From Heterodontus francisci (taxonomy: Eukaryota), in contig NC_090378.1 of NCBI RefSeq assembly GCF_036365525.1, forward strand, positions 118,343,593-118,407,592: a stretch of 64,000 bases of DNA, in the 5' to 3' direction. Shown in pieces: positions 13,383 through 28,300 of this stretch (position 1 is its first letter; each line of letters opens with the position of its first letter). The position numbers and the translations under genes are program-made. The notes under the pieces were generated by a model that made no database searches, was not told where the DNA came from, and worked only from the letters and a program-made list of their open reading frames with translations.

Positions 13383-16300
13383 ATATATAACTGTGGGCTG
13401 TGTCAGTACAGGAGGTGGGACTGTGTGTTCATTATTATTTGTTATATATAACTGTGGGATGTGTCAGTACAGGAGGTGGGACTGTGTGTTCATTATTATT
13501 TATTATATATAACTGTGGGATGTGTCAGTACAGGAGGTGGGACTGTGTGTTCATTATTATTTATTATATATAACTGTGGGATGTGTCAGTACAGGAGGTG
13601 GGACAGTGTGTCCATTATTATTTATTATATATAACTGTGGAATGTGTCAGTACAGGACGTGGGACAGTGTGTCCATTATTATTTATTATATATAACTGTG
13701 GAATGTGTCAGTACAGGAGGTGGGACTGTGTGTCCGTTACTATATATTAGATATAACTGTGGGATGTGTCAGTACAGGAGGTGGGACTGTGTGTTCATTA
13801 TTATTTATTATATATAACTGTGGAATGTGTCATTACAGGAGGTGGGACTGTGTGTCCATTAATATATATTACATATAACTGTGGGATGTGTCAGTACAGG
13901 AGGTGGGACTGTGTGTCCGTTACTATATATTAGATATAACTGTGGGATGTGTCAGTACAGGAGGTGGGACTGTGTGTCCATTATTATATATTATATATAA
14001 CTGTGGGATGTGTCAGTGCAGGAGGTGGGACTGTGTGTCCGTTACTATATATTAGATATAACTGTGGGATGTGTCAGTACAGGAGGTGGGACTGTGTGTC
14101 CATTATTATATATTATATATAACTGTGGGATGTGTCAGTGCAGGAGGTGGGACTGTGTGTCCATTATTATATATTATATATAACTGTGGGATGTTTCAGT
14201 GCAGGAGGTGGGACTGTGTGTCCATTATTATATATTATATATAACTGTGGGATGTGTCAGTGCAGGAGGTGGGACTGTGTGTCCATTATTATATATTATA
14301 TATAACTGTGGGATGTGTCAGTGCAGGAGGTGGGACTGTGTGTCCATTATTATATATTATATATAACTGTGGGATGTGTCAGTGCAGGAGGTGGGACTGT
14401 GTGTCCATTATAATATATTATATATAACTGTGGGATGTGTCAGTCCAGGAGGTGGGACTGTGTGTCCATTATTATATATTATATATAACTGTGGGATGTG
14501 TCAGTGCAGGAGGTGGGACTGTGTGTCCATTATTATATATTATATATAACTGTGGGATGTGTCAGTGCAGGAGGTGGGACTGTGTGTCCATTATAATATA
14601 TTATATATAACTGTGGGATGTGTCAGTCCAGGAGGTGGGACTGTGTGTCCATTATTATATATTATATATAACTGTGGGATGTGTCAGTGCAGGAGGTGGG
14701 ACTGTGTGTCCATTATTATATATTATATATAACTGTGGGATGTGTCAGTGCAGGAGGTGGGACTGTGTGTCCATTATAATATATTATATATAACTGTGGG
14801 ATGTGTCAGTCCAGGAGGTGGGACTGTGTGTCCATTATTATATATTATATATAACTGTGGGATGTGTCAGTGCAGGAGGTGGGACTGTGTGTCCATTATT
14901 ATATATTATATATAACTGTGGGATGTGTCAGTGCAGGAGGTGGGACTGTGTGTCCATTATAATATATTATATATAACTGTGGGATGTGTCAGTCCAGGAG
15001 GTGGGACTGTGTGTCCATTATTATATATTATATATAACTGTGGGATGTGTCAGTGCAGGAGGTGGGACTGTGTGTCCATTATTATATATTATATATAACT
15101 GTGGGATGTGTCAGTGCAGGAGGTGGGACTGTGTGTCCATTATAATATATTATATATAACTGTGGGATGTGTCAGTCCAGGAGGTGGGACTGTGTGTCCA
15201 TTATTATATATTATATATAACTGTGGGATGTGTCAGTGCAGGAGGTGGGACTGTGTGTCCATTATTATATATTATATATAACTGTGGGATGTGTCAGTGC
15301 AGGAGGTGGGACTGTGTGTCCATTATAATATATTATATATAACTGTGGGATGTGTCAGTCCAGGAGGTGGGACTGTGTGTCCATTATTATATATTATATA
15401 TAACTGTGGGATGTGTCAGTGCAGGAGGTGGGACTGTGTGTCCATTATTATATATTATATATAACTGTGGGATGTGTCAGTGCAGGAGGTGGGACTGTGT
15501 GTCCATTATAATATATTATATATAACTGTGGGATGTGTCAGTCCAGGAGGTGGGACTGTGTGTCCATTATTATATATTATATATAACTGTGGGATGTGTC
15601 AGTGCAGGAGGTGGGACTGTGTGTCCATTATTATATATTATATATAACTGTGGGATGTGTCAGTGCAGGAGGTGGGACTGTGTGTCCATTATAATATATT
15701 ATATATAACTGTGGGATGTGTCAGTCCAGGAGGTGGGACTGTGTGTCCATTATTATATATTATATATAACTGTGGGATGTGTCAGTACAGGAGGTGGGAC
15801 TGTGTGTCCATTATTATATATTATATATAACTGTGGGATGTTTCAGTGCAGGACGTGGGACTGTGTGTCCATTATTCTATATTATATATAACTGTGGGAT
15901 GTGTCAGTCCAGGAGGTGGGACTGTGTGTCCATTATTATATATTATATATAACTGTGGGATGTGTCAGTGCAGGAGGTGGGACTGTGTGTCCATTATTAT
16001 ATATTATATATAACTGTGGGATGTGTCAGTGCAGGAGGTGGGACTGTGTGTCCGTTATTATATATTAGATATAACTGTGGGATGTGTCAGTACAGGAGGT
16101 GGGACTGTGTGTCCATTATTATATATTATATATAACTGTGGGATGTGTCAGTGCAGGAGGTGGGACTGTGTGTCCATTATTATATATTATATATAACTGT
16201 GGGATGTGTCACTACAGGAGGTGGGACTGTGTGTCCGTTACTATATATTAGATATAACTGTGGAATGTGTGTCCATTATTATATATTATATATAGCTGTG

Positions 16301-19300
16301 GGATGTTTCAGTCCAGGAGGTGAGACTGTGTGTCCATTATTATATATTGTATATAACTGTGGGATGTGTCAGTCCAGGAGGTGGGACTGTGTGTCCATTA
16401 TTATATATTATATATAACTGTGGGATGTTTCAGTCCAGGAGGTGGGACTGTGTGTCCATTATTATATATTGTATATAACTGTGGGATGTGTCAGTCCAGG
16501 AGGTGGGACTGTGTGTCCATTATTATATATTATATATAACTGTGGGATGTGTCAGTACAGGAGGTGGGACTCTGTGTCCATTATTATATATTATATATAG
16601 CTGTGGGATGTGTCAGTCCAGGAGGTGGGACTGTGTGTCCATTATTATATATTATATATAACTGTGGGACGTGTCAGTACCGGAGGTGGGACTGTGTGTC
16701 CATTATTATATATTATATATAGCTGTGGGATGTGTCAGTGCAGGAGGTGGGACTGTGTATCCATTATTATATATTATATATAGCTGTGGGATGTGTCAGT
16801 ACAGGAGGTGGGACTGTGTATCCATTATTATATATTATATATAGCTGTGGGATGTGTCAGTCCAGGAGGTGGGACTGTGTGTCCATTATTATATATTATA
16901 TATCACTGTGGGATGTGTCAGTACAGGAGGTGGGACTGTGTATCCATTATTATATATTATATATAGCTGTGGGATGTGTCAGTACAGGAGGTGGGACTGT
17001 GTATCCATTATTATATATTATATATAGCTGTGGGATGTGTCAGTCCAGGAGGTGGGACTGTGTGTCCATTATTATATATTATATATCACTGTGGGATGTG
17101 TCAGTACGGGAGGTGGGACTGTGTATCCATTATTATATATTATATATAGCTGTGGGATGTGTCAGTCCAGGAGGTGGGACTGTGTGTCCATTATTATATA
17201 TTATATATCACTGTGGGATGTGTCAGTACGGGAGGTGGGACTGTGTGTCCATTATTATATATTATATATAGCTGTGGGATGTCTCAGTCCAGGAGGGGGA
17301 CTGTGTGTCCATTATTATATATTATATATAACTGTGGGATGTGTCAGTACAGGAGGTGGGACTCTGTGTCCATTATTATATATTATATATAGCTGTGGGA
17401 TGTGTCAGTCCAGGAGGTGGGACTGTGTGTCCATTATTATATATTATATATAACTGTGGGACGTGTCAGTACCGGAGGTGGGACTGTGTGTCCATTATTA
17501 TATATTATATATAGCTGTGGGATGTGTCAGTGCAGGAGGTGGGACTGTGTATCCATTATTATATATTATATATAGCTGTGGGATGTGTCAGTACAGGAGG
17601 TGGGACTGTGTATCCATTATTATATATTATATATAGCTGTGGGATGTGTCAGTCCAGGAGGTGGGACTGTGTGTCCATTATTATATATTATATATCACTG
17701 TGGGATGTGTCAGTACGGGAGGTGGGACTGTGTGTCCATTATTATATATTATATATAGCTGTGGGATGTCTCAGTCCAGGAGGGGGACTGTGTGTCCATT
17801 ATTATATATTATATATAACTGTGGGATGTGTCAGTACAGGAGGTGGGACTCTGTGTCCATTATTATATATTATATATAGCTGTGGGATGTGTCAGTCCAG
17901 GAGGTGGGACTGTGTGTCCATTATTATATATTATATATAACTGTGGGACGTGTCAGTACCGGAGGTGGGACTGTGTGTCCATTATTATATATTATATATA
18001 GCTGTGGGATGTGTCAGTGCAGGAGGTGGGACTGTGTATCCATTATTATATATTATATATAGCTGTGGGATGTGTCAGTACAGGAGGTGGGACTGTGTAT
18101 CCATTATTATATATTATATATAGCTGTGGGATGTGTCAGTCCAGGAGGTGGGACTGTGTATCCATTATTATATATTATATATAGCTGTGGGATGTGTCAG
18201 TCCAGGAGGTGGGACTGTGTGTCCATTATTATATATTATATATCACTGTGGGATGTGTCAGTACGGGAGGTGGGACTGTGTGTCCATTATTATATATTAT
18301 ATATAGCTGTGGGATGTCTCAGTGCGGGAGGTGGGACTATTTGTCCATTATTATCTATTATATATAACTGTGGGATGTGTCAGTCCAGGAGGTGGGACTG
18401 TGTATCCATTATTATATATTATATATAGCTGTGGGATGTGTCAGTCCAGGAGGTGGGACTGTGTATCCATTATTATCTATTATATATAACTGTGGGATGT
18501 GTCAGTACCGGAGGTGGGACTGTGTATCCATTATTATATATTATATATAGCTGTGGGATGTGTCAGTCCAGGAGGTGGGACTGTGTATCCATTATTATAT
18601 ATTATATATAGCTGTGGGATGTGTCAGTCCAGGAGGTGGGACTGTGTATCCATTATTATATATTATATATAGCTGTGGGATGTGTCAGTCCAGGAGGTGG
18701 GACTGTGTATCCATTATTATATATTATATATAGCTGTGGGATGTGTCAGTCCAGGAGGTGGGACTGTGTATCCATTATTATATATTATATATAGCTGTGG
18801 GATGTGTCAGTCCAGGAGGTGGGACTGTGTATCCATTATTATCTATTATATATAACTGTGGGATGTGTCAGTCCAGGAGGTGGGACTGTGTGTCCATTAT
18901 TATATATTATATATCACTGTGGGATGTGTCAGTCCAGGAGGTGGGACTGTGTATCCATTATTATATATTATATATAGCTGTGGGATGTGTCAGTCCAGGA
19001 GGTGGGACTGTGTGTCCATTATTATATATTATATATCACTGTGGGATGTGTCAGTCCAGGAGGTGGGACTGTGCGTCCATTATTATATATTATATATAAC
19101 TGTGGGATGTGTCAGTCCAGGAGGTGGGACTGTGTATCCATTATTATATATTATATATAACTGTGGGATGTGTCAGTCCAGGAGGTGGGACTGTGTGTCC
19201 ATTATTATATATTATATATAACTGTGGGATGTGTCAGTCCAGGAGGTGGGACTGTGTGTCCATTATTATATATTATATATCACTGTGGGATGTGTCAGTC

Positions 19301-22300
19301 CAGGAGGTGGGACTGTGTATCCATTATTATATATTACATATAACTGTGGGATGTGTCAGTCCAGGAGGTGGGACTGTGTGTCCATTATTATATATTATAT
19401 ATAACTGTGGGATGTGTCATTCCAGGAGGTGGGACTGTGTGTCCATTATTATATATTATATATAACTGTGGGATGTGTCAGTCCAGGAGGTGGGACTGTG
19501 TGTCCATTATTATATATTATATATAACTGTGGGATGTGTCAGTCCAGGAGGTGGGACTGTGTGTCCATTATTATATATTATATATAACTGTGGGATGTGT
19601 CAGTCCAGGAGGTGGGACTGTGTGTCCATTATTATATATTATATATCACTGTGGGATGTGTCAGTCCAGGAGGTGGGACTGTGTGTCCATTATTATATAT
19701 TATATATAGCTGTGGGATGTGTCAGTCCAGGAGGTGGGACTGTGTGTCCATTATTATATATTATATATCACTGTGGGATGTGTCAGTCCAGGAGGTGGGA
19801 CTGTGCGTCCATTATTATATATTATATATAACTGTGGGATGTGTCAGTCCAGGAGGTGGGACTTTGTATCCATTATTATATATTATATATAACTGTGGGA
19901 TGTGTCAGTCCAGGAGGTGGGACTGTGTATCCATTATTATATATTATATATAACTGTGGGATGTGTCAGTCCAGGAGGTGGGACTGTGCGTCCATTATTA
20001 TATATTATATATAACTGTGGGATGTGTCAGTCCAGGAGGTGGGACTGTGTATCCATTATTATATATTATATATAACTGTGGGATGTGTCAGTCCAGGAGG
20101 TGGGACTGTGCGTCCATTATTATATATTATATATAACTGTGGGATGTGTCAGTCCAGGAGGTGGGACTGTGTATCCATTATTATCTATTATATATAACTG
20201 TGGGATGTGTCAGTCCAGGAGGTGGGACTGTGTATCCATTATTATATATTATATATAGCTGTGGGATGTGTCAGTCCAGGAGGTGGGACTGTGTATCCAT
20301 TATTATATATTATATATAGCTGTGGGATGTGTCAGTCCAGGAGGTGGGACTGTGTATCCATTATTATATATTATATATAGCTGTGGGATGTGTCAGTACA
20401 GGAGGTGGGACTGTGTATCCATTATTATATATTATATATAGCTGTGGGATGTGTCAGTCCAGGAGGTGGGACTGTGTATCCATTATTATATATTATATAT
20501 AGCTGTGGGATGTGTCAGTCCAGGAGGTGGGACTGTGTGTCCATTATTATATATTATATATCACTGTGGGATGTGTCAGTACGGGAGGTGGGACTGTGTG
20601 TCCATTATTATATATTATATATAGCTGTGGGATGTCTCAGTGCGGGAGGTGGGACTATTTGTCCATTATTATCTATTATATATAACTGTGGGATGTGTCA
20701 GTCCAGGAGGTGGGACTGTGTATCCATTATTATATATTATATATAGCTGTGGGATGTGTCAGTCCAGGAGGTGGGACTGTGTATCCATTATTATCTATTA
20801 TATATAACTGTGGGATGTGTCAGTACCGGAGGTGGGACTGTGTATCCATTATTATATATTATATATAGCTGTGGGATGTGTCAGTCCAGGAGGTGGGACT
20901 GTGTATCCATTATTATATATTATATATAGCTGTGGGATGTGTCAGTCCAGGAGGTGGGACTGTGTATCCATTATTATATATTATATATAGCTGTGGGATG
21001 TGTCAGTCCAGGAGGTGGGACTGTGTATCCATTATTATATATTATATATAGCTGTGGGATGTGTCAGTCCAGGAGGTGGGACTGTGTATCCATTATTATA
21101 TATTATATATAGCTGTGGGATGTGTCAGTCCAGGAGGTGGGACTGTGTATCCATTATTATATATTATATATAGCTGTGGGATGTGTCAGTCCAGGAGGTG
21201 GGACTGTGTATCCATTATTATCTATTATATATAACTGTGGGATGTGTCAGTCCAGGAGGTGGGACTGTGTGTCCATTATTATATATTATATATCACTGTG
21301 GGATGTGTCAGTCCAGGAGGTGGGACTGTGTATCCATTATTATATATTATATATAGCTGTGGGATGTGTCAGTCCAGGAGGTGGGACTGTGTGTCCATTA
21401 TTATATATTATATATCACTGTGGGATGTGTCAGTCCAGGAGGTGGGACTGTGCGTCCATTATTATATATTATATATAACTGTGGGATGTGTCAGTCCAGG
21501 AGGTGGGACTGTGTATCCATTATTATATATTATATATAACTGTGGGATGTGTCAGTCCAGGAGGTGGGACTGTGTGTCCATTATTATATATTATATATAA
21601 CTGTGGGATGTGTCAGTCCAGGAGGTGGGACTGTGTGTCCATTATTATATATTATATATCACTGTGGGATGTGTCAGTCCAGGAGGTGGGACTGTGTATC
21701 CATTATTATATATTACATATAACTGTGGGATGTGTCAGTCCAGGAGGTGGGACTGTGTGTCCATTATTATATATTATATATAACTGTGGGATGTGTCAGT
21801 CCAGGAGGTGGGACTGTGTGTCCATTATTATATATTATATATAACTGTGGGATGTGTCTGTCCAGGAGGTGGGACTGTGTGTCCATTATTATATATTATA
21901 TATAACTGTGGGATGTGTCAGTCCAGGAGGTGGGACTGTGTGTCCATTATTATATATTATATATAACTGTGGGATGTGTCAGTCCAGGAGGTGGGACTGT
22001 GTGTCCATTATTATATATTATATATCACTGTGGGATGTGTCAGTACAGGAGGTGGGACTGTGTGTCCATTATTATATATTATATATAACTGTGGGATGTG
22101 TCAGTCCAGGAGGTGGGACTGTGTGTCCATTATTATATATTATATATCACTGTGGGATGTGTCAGTCCAGGAGGTGGGACTGTGTATCCATTATTATATA
22201 TTATATATAGCTGTGGGATGTGTCAGTCCAGGAGGTGGGACTGTGTGTCCATTATTATATATTATATATCACTGTGGGATGTGTCAGTCCAGGAGGTGGG

Positions 22301-25300
22301 ACTGTGCGTCCATTATTATATATTATATATAACTGTGGGATGTGTCAGTCCAGGAGGTGGGACTGTGTATCCATTATTATATATTATATATAACTGTGGG
22401 ATGTGTCAGTCCAGGAGGTGGGACTGTGTGTCCATTATTATATATTATATATAACTGTGGGATGTGTCAGTCCAGGAGGTGGGACTGTGTGTCCATTATT
22501 ATATATTATATATCACTGTGGGATGTGTCAGTCCAGGAGGTGGGACTGTGTATCCATTATTATATATTACATATAACTGTGGGATGTGTCAGTCCAGGAG
22601 GTGGGACTGTGTGTCCATTATTATATATTATATATAACTGTGGGATGTGTCAGTCCAGGAGGTGGGACTGTGTGTCCATTATTATATATTATATATAACT
22701 GTGGGATGTGTCTGTCCAGGAGGTGGGACTGTGTGTCCATTATTATATATTATATATAACTGTGGGATGTGTCAGTCCAGGAGGTGGGACTGTGTGTCCA
22801 TTATTATATATTATATATAACTGTGGGATGTGTCAGTCCAGGAGGTGGGACTGTGTGTCCATTATTATATATTATATATCACTGTGGGATGTGTCAGTAC
22901 AGGAGGTGGGACTGTGTGTCCATTATTATATATTATATATAACTGTGGGATGTGTCAGTCCAGGAGGTGGGACTGTGTGTCCATTATTATATATTATATA
23001 TCACTGTGGGATGTGTCAGTCCAGGAGGTGGGACTGTGTATCCATTATTATATATTATATATAGCTGTGGGATGTGTCAGTCCAGGAGGTGGGACTGTGT
23101 GTCCATTATTATATATTATATATCACTGTGGGATGTGTCAGTCCAGGAGGTGGGACTGTGCGTCCATTATTATATATTATATATAACTGTGGGATGTGTC
23201 AGTCCAGGAGGTGGGACTGTGTATCCATTATTATATATTATATATAACTGTGGGATGTGTCAGTCCAGGAGGTGGGACTGTGTATCCATTATTATATATT
23301 ATATATAACTGTGGGATGTGTCAGTCCAGGAGGTGGGACTGTGCGTCCATTATTATATATTATATATAACTGTGGGATGTGTCAGTCCAGGAGGTGGGAC
23401 TGTGTATCCATTATTATATATTATATATAACTGTGGGATGTGTCAGTCCAGGAGGTGGGACTGTGCGTCCATTATTATATATTATATATAACTGTGGGAT
23501 GTGTCAGTCCAGGAGGTGGGACTGTGTATCCATTATTATCTATTATATATAACTGTGGGATGTGTCAGTCCAGGAGGTGGGACTGTGTATCCATTATTAT
23601 ATATTATATATAGCTGTGGGATGTGTCAGTCCAGGAGGTGGGACTGTGTATCCATTATTATATATTATATATAGCTGTGGGATGTGTCAGTCCAGGAGGT
23701 GGGACTGTGTATCCATTATTATATATTATATATAGCTGTGGGATGTGTCAGTACAGGAGGTGGGACTGTGTATCCATTATTATATATTATATATAGCTGT
23801 GGGATGTGTCAGTCCAGGAGGTGGGACTGTGTATCCATTATTATATATTATATATAGCTGTGGGATGTGTCAGTCCAGGAGGTGGGACTGTGTGTCCATT
23901 ATTATATATTATATATCACTGTGGGATGTGTCAGTACGGGAGGTGGGACTGTGTGTCCATTATTATATATTATATATAGCTGTGGGATGTCTCAGTGCGG
24001 GAGGTGGGACTATTTGTCCATTATTATCTATTATATATAACTGTGGGATGTGTCAGTCCAGGAGGTGGGACTGTGTATCCATTATTATATATTATATATA
24101 GCTGTGGGATGTGTCAGTCCAGGAGGTGGGACTGTGTATCCATTATTATCTATTATATATAACTGTGGGATGTGTCAGTACCGGAGGTGGGACTGTGTAT
24201 CCATTATTATATATTATATATAGCTGTGGGATGTGTCAGTCCAGGAGGTGGGACTGTGTATCCATTATTATATATTATATATAGCTGTGGGATGTGTCAG
24301 TCCAGGAGGTGGGACTGTGTATCCATTATTATATATTATATATAGCTGTGGGATGTGTCAGTCCAGGAGGTGGGACTGTGTATCCATTATTATATATTAT
24401 ATATAGCTGTGGGATGTGTCAGTCCAGGAGGTGGGACTGTGTATCCATTATTATATATTATATATAGCTGTGGGATGTGTCAGTCCAGGAGGTGGGACTG
24501 TGTATCCATTATTATCTATTATATATAACTGTGGGATGTGTCAGTCCAGGAGGTGGGACTGTGTGTCCATTATTATATATTATATATCACTGTGGGATGT
24601 GTCAGTCCAGGAGGTGGGACTGTGCGTCCATTATTATATATTATATATAACTGTGGGATGTGTCAGTCCAGGAGGTGGGACTGTGTATCCATTATTATAT
24701 ATTATATATAGCTGTGGGATGTGTCAGTCCAGGAGGTGGGACCGTGTGTCCATTATTATATATTATATATCACTGTGGGATGTGTCAGTCCAGGAGGTGG
24801 GACTGTGCGTCCATTATTATATATTATATATAACTGTGGGATGTGTCAGTCCAGGAGGTGCAACTGTGTATCCATTATTATATATTATATATCACTGTGG
24901 GATGTGTCAGTCCAGGAGGTGGGACTGTGTGTCCATTATTATATATTATATATAACTGTGGGATGTGTCAGTCCAGGAGGTGGGACTGTGTATCCATTAT
25001 TATATATTATATATAACTGTGGGATGTGTCAGTCCAGGAGGTGGGACTGTGTATCCATTATTATATATTATATATAACTGTGGGATGTGTCAGTCCAGGA
25101 GGTGGGACTGTGCGTCCATTATTATATATTATATATAACTGTGGGATGTGTCAGTCCAGGAGGTGGGACTGTGTATCCATTATTATATATTATATATAAC
25201 TGTGGGATGTGTCAGTCCAGGAGGTGGGACTGTGCGTCCATTATTATATATTATATATAACTGTGGGATGTGTCAGTCCAGGAGGTGGGACTGTGTATCC

Positions 25301-28300
25301 ATTATTATCTATTATATATAACTGTGGGATGTGTCAGTCCAGGAGGTGGGACTGTGTATCCATTATTATATATTATATATAGCTGTGGGATGTGTCAGTC
25401 CAGGAGGTGGGACTGTGTATCCATTATTATATATTATATATAGCTGTGGGATGTGTCAGTCCAGGAGGTGGGACTGTGTATCCATTATTATATATTATAT
25501 ATAGCTGTGGGATGTGTCAGTCCAGGAGGTGGGACTGTGTGTCCATTATTATATATTATATATAACTGTGGGATGTGTCAGTCCAGGAGGTGGGACTGTG
25601 TATCCATTATTATATATTATATATAACTGTGGGATGTGTCAGTCCAGGAGGTGGGACTGTGTATCCATTATTATATATTATATATAGCTGTGGGATGTGT
25701 CAGTCCAGGAGGTGGGACTGTGTATCCATTATTATATATTATATATAGCTGTGGGATGTGTCAGTACAGGAGGTGGGACTGTGTATCCATTATTATATAT
25801 TATATATAGCTGTGGGATGTGTCAGTCCAGGAGGTGGGACTGTGTATCCATTATTATATATTATATATAGCTGTGGGATGTGTCAGTCCAGGAGGTGGGA
25901 CTGTGTGTCCATTATTATATATTATATATCACTGTGGGATGTGTCAGTACGGGAGGTGGGACTGTGTGTCCATTATTATATATTATATATAGCTGTGGGA
26001 TGTCTCAGTGCGGGAGGTGGGACTATTTGTCCATTATTATCTATTATATATAACTGTGGGATGTGTCAGTCCAGGAGGTGGGACTGTGTATCCATTATTA
26101 TATATTATATATAGCTGTGGGATGTGTCAGTCCAGGAGGTGGGACTGTGTATCCATTATTATCTATTATATATAACTGTGGGATGTGTCAGTACCGGAGG
26201 TGGGACTGTGTATCCATTATTATATATTATATATAACTGTGGGACGTGTCAGTCCAGGAGGTGGGACTGTGTATCCATTATTATATATTATATATAGCTG
26301 TGGGATGTGTCAGTCCAGGAGGTGGGACTGTGTATCCATTATTATATATTATATATAGCTGTGGGATGTGTCAGTCCAGGAGGTGGGACTGTGTATCCAT
26401 TATTATATATTATATATAGCTGTGGGATGTGTCAGTCCAGGAGGTGGGACTGTGTATCCATTATTATATATTATATATAGCTGTGGGATGTGTCAGTCCA
26501 GGAGGTGGGACTGTGTATCCATTATTATATATTATATATAGCTGTGGGATGTGTCAGTCCAGGAGGTGGGACTGTGTATCCATTATTATATATTATATAT
26601 AGCTGTGGGATGTGTCAGTCCAGGAGGTGGGACTGTGTATCCATTATTATCTATTATATATAACTGTGGGATGTGTCAGTCCAGGAGGTGGGACTGTGTG
26701 TCCATTATTATATATTATATATCACTGTGGGATGTGTCAGTCCAGGAGGTGGGACTGTGTATCCATTATTATATATTATATATAGCTGTGGGATGTGTCA
26801 GTCCAGGAGGTGGGACTGTGTGTCCATTATTATATATTATATATCACTGTGGGATGTGTCAGTCCAGGAGGTGGGACTGTGCGTCCATTATTATATATTA
26901 TATATAACTGTGGGATGTGTCAGTCCAGGAGGTGGGACTGTGTATCCATTATTATATATTATATATAACTGTGGGATGTGTCAGTCCAGGAGGTGGGACT
27001 GTGTGTCCATTATTATATATTATATATAACTGTGGGATGTGTCAGTCCAGGAGGTGGGACTGTGTGTCCATTATTATATATTATATATCACTGTGGGATG
27101 TGTCAGTCCAGGAGGTGGGACTGTGTATCCATTATTATATATTACATATAACTGTGGGATGTGTCAGTCCAGGAGGTGGGACTGTGTGTCCATTATTATA
27201 TATTATATATAACTGTGGGATGTGTCAGTCCAGGAGGTGGGACTGTGTGTCCATTATTATATATTATATATAACTGTGGGATGTGTCAGTCCAGGAGGTG
27301 GGACTGTGTGTCCATTATTATATATTATATATAACTGTGGGATGTGTCAGTCCAGGAGGTGGGACTGTGTGTCCATTATTATATATTATATATAACTGTG
27401 GGATGTGTCAGTCCAGGAGGTGGGACTGTGTGTCCATTATTATATATTATATATCACTGTGGGATGTGTCAGTACAGGAGGTGGGACTGTGTGTCCATTA
27501 TTATATATTATATATAACTGTGGGATGTGTCAGTCCAGGAGGTGGGACTGTGTGTCCATTATTATATATTATATATCACTGTGGGATGTGTCAGTCCAGG
27601 AGGTGGGACTGTGTATCCATTATTATATATTATATATAGCTGTGGGATGTGTCAGTCCAGGAGGTGGGACTGTGTGTCCATTATTATATATTATATATCA
27701 CTGTGGGATGTGTCAGTCCAGGAGGTGGGACTGTGCGTCCATTATTATATATTATATATAACTGTGGGATGTGTCAGTCCAGGAGGTGGGACTGTGTATC
27801 CATTATTATATATTATATATAACTGTGGGATGTGTCAGTCCAGGAGGTGGGACTGTGTATCCATTATTATATATTATATATAACTGTGGGATGTGTCAGT
27901 CCAGGAGGTGGGACTGTGCGTCCATTATTATATATTATATATAACTGTGGGATGTGTCAGTCCAGGAGGTGGGACTGTGTATCCATTATTATATATTATA
28001 TATAACTGTGGGATGTGTCAGTCCAGGAGGTGGGACTGTGCGTCCATTATTATATATTATATATAACTGTGGGATGTGTCAGTCCAGGAGGTGGGACTGT
28101 GTATCCATTATTATCTATTATATATAACTGTGGGATGTGTCAGTCCAGGAGGTGGGACTGTGTATCCATTATTATATATTATATATAGCTGTGGGATGTG
28201 TCAGTCCAGGAGGTGGGACTGTGTATCCATTATTATATATTATATATAGCTGTGGGATGTGTCAGTCCAGGAGGTGGGACTGTGTATCCATTATTATATA

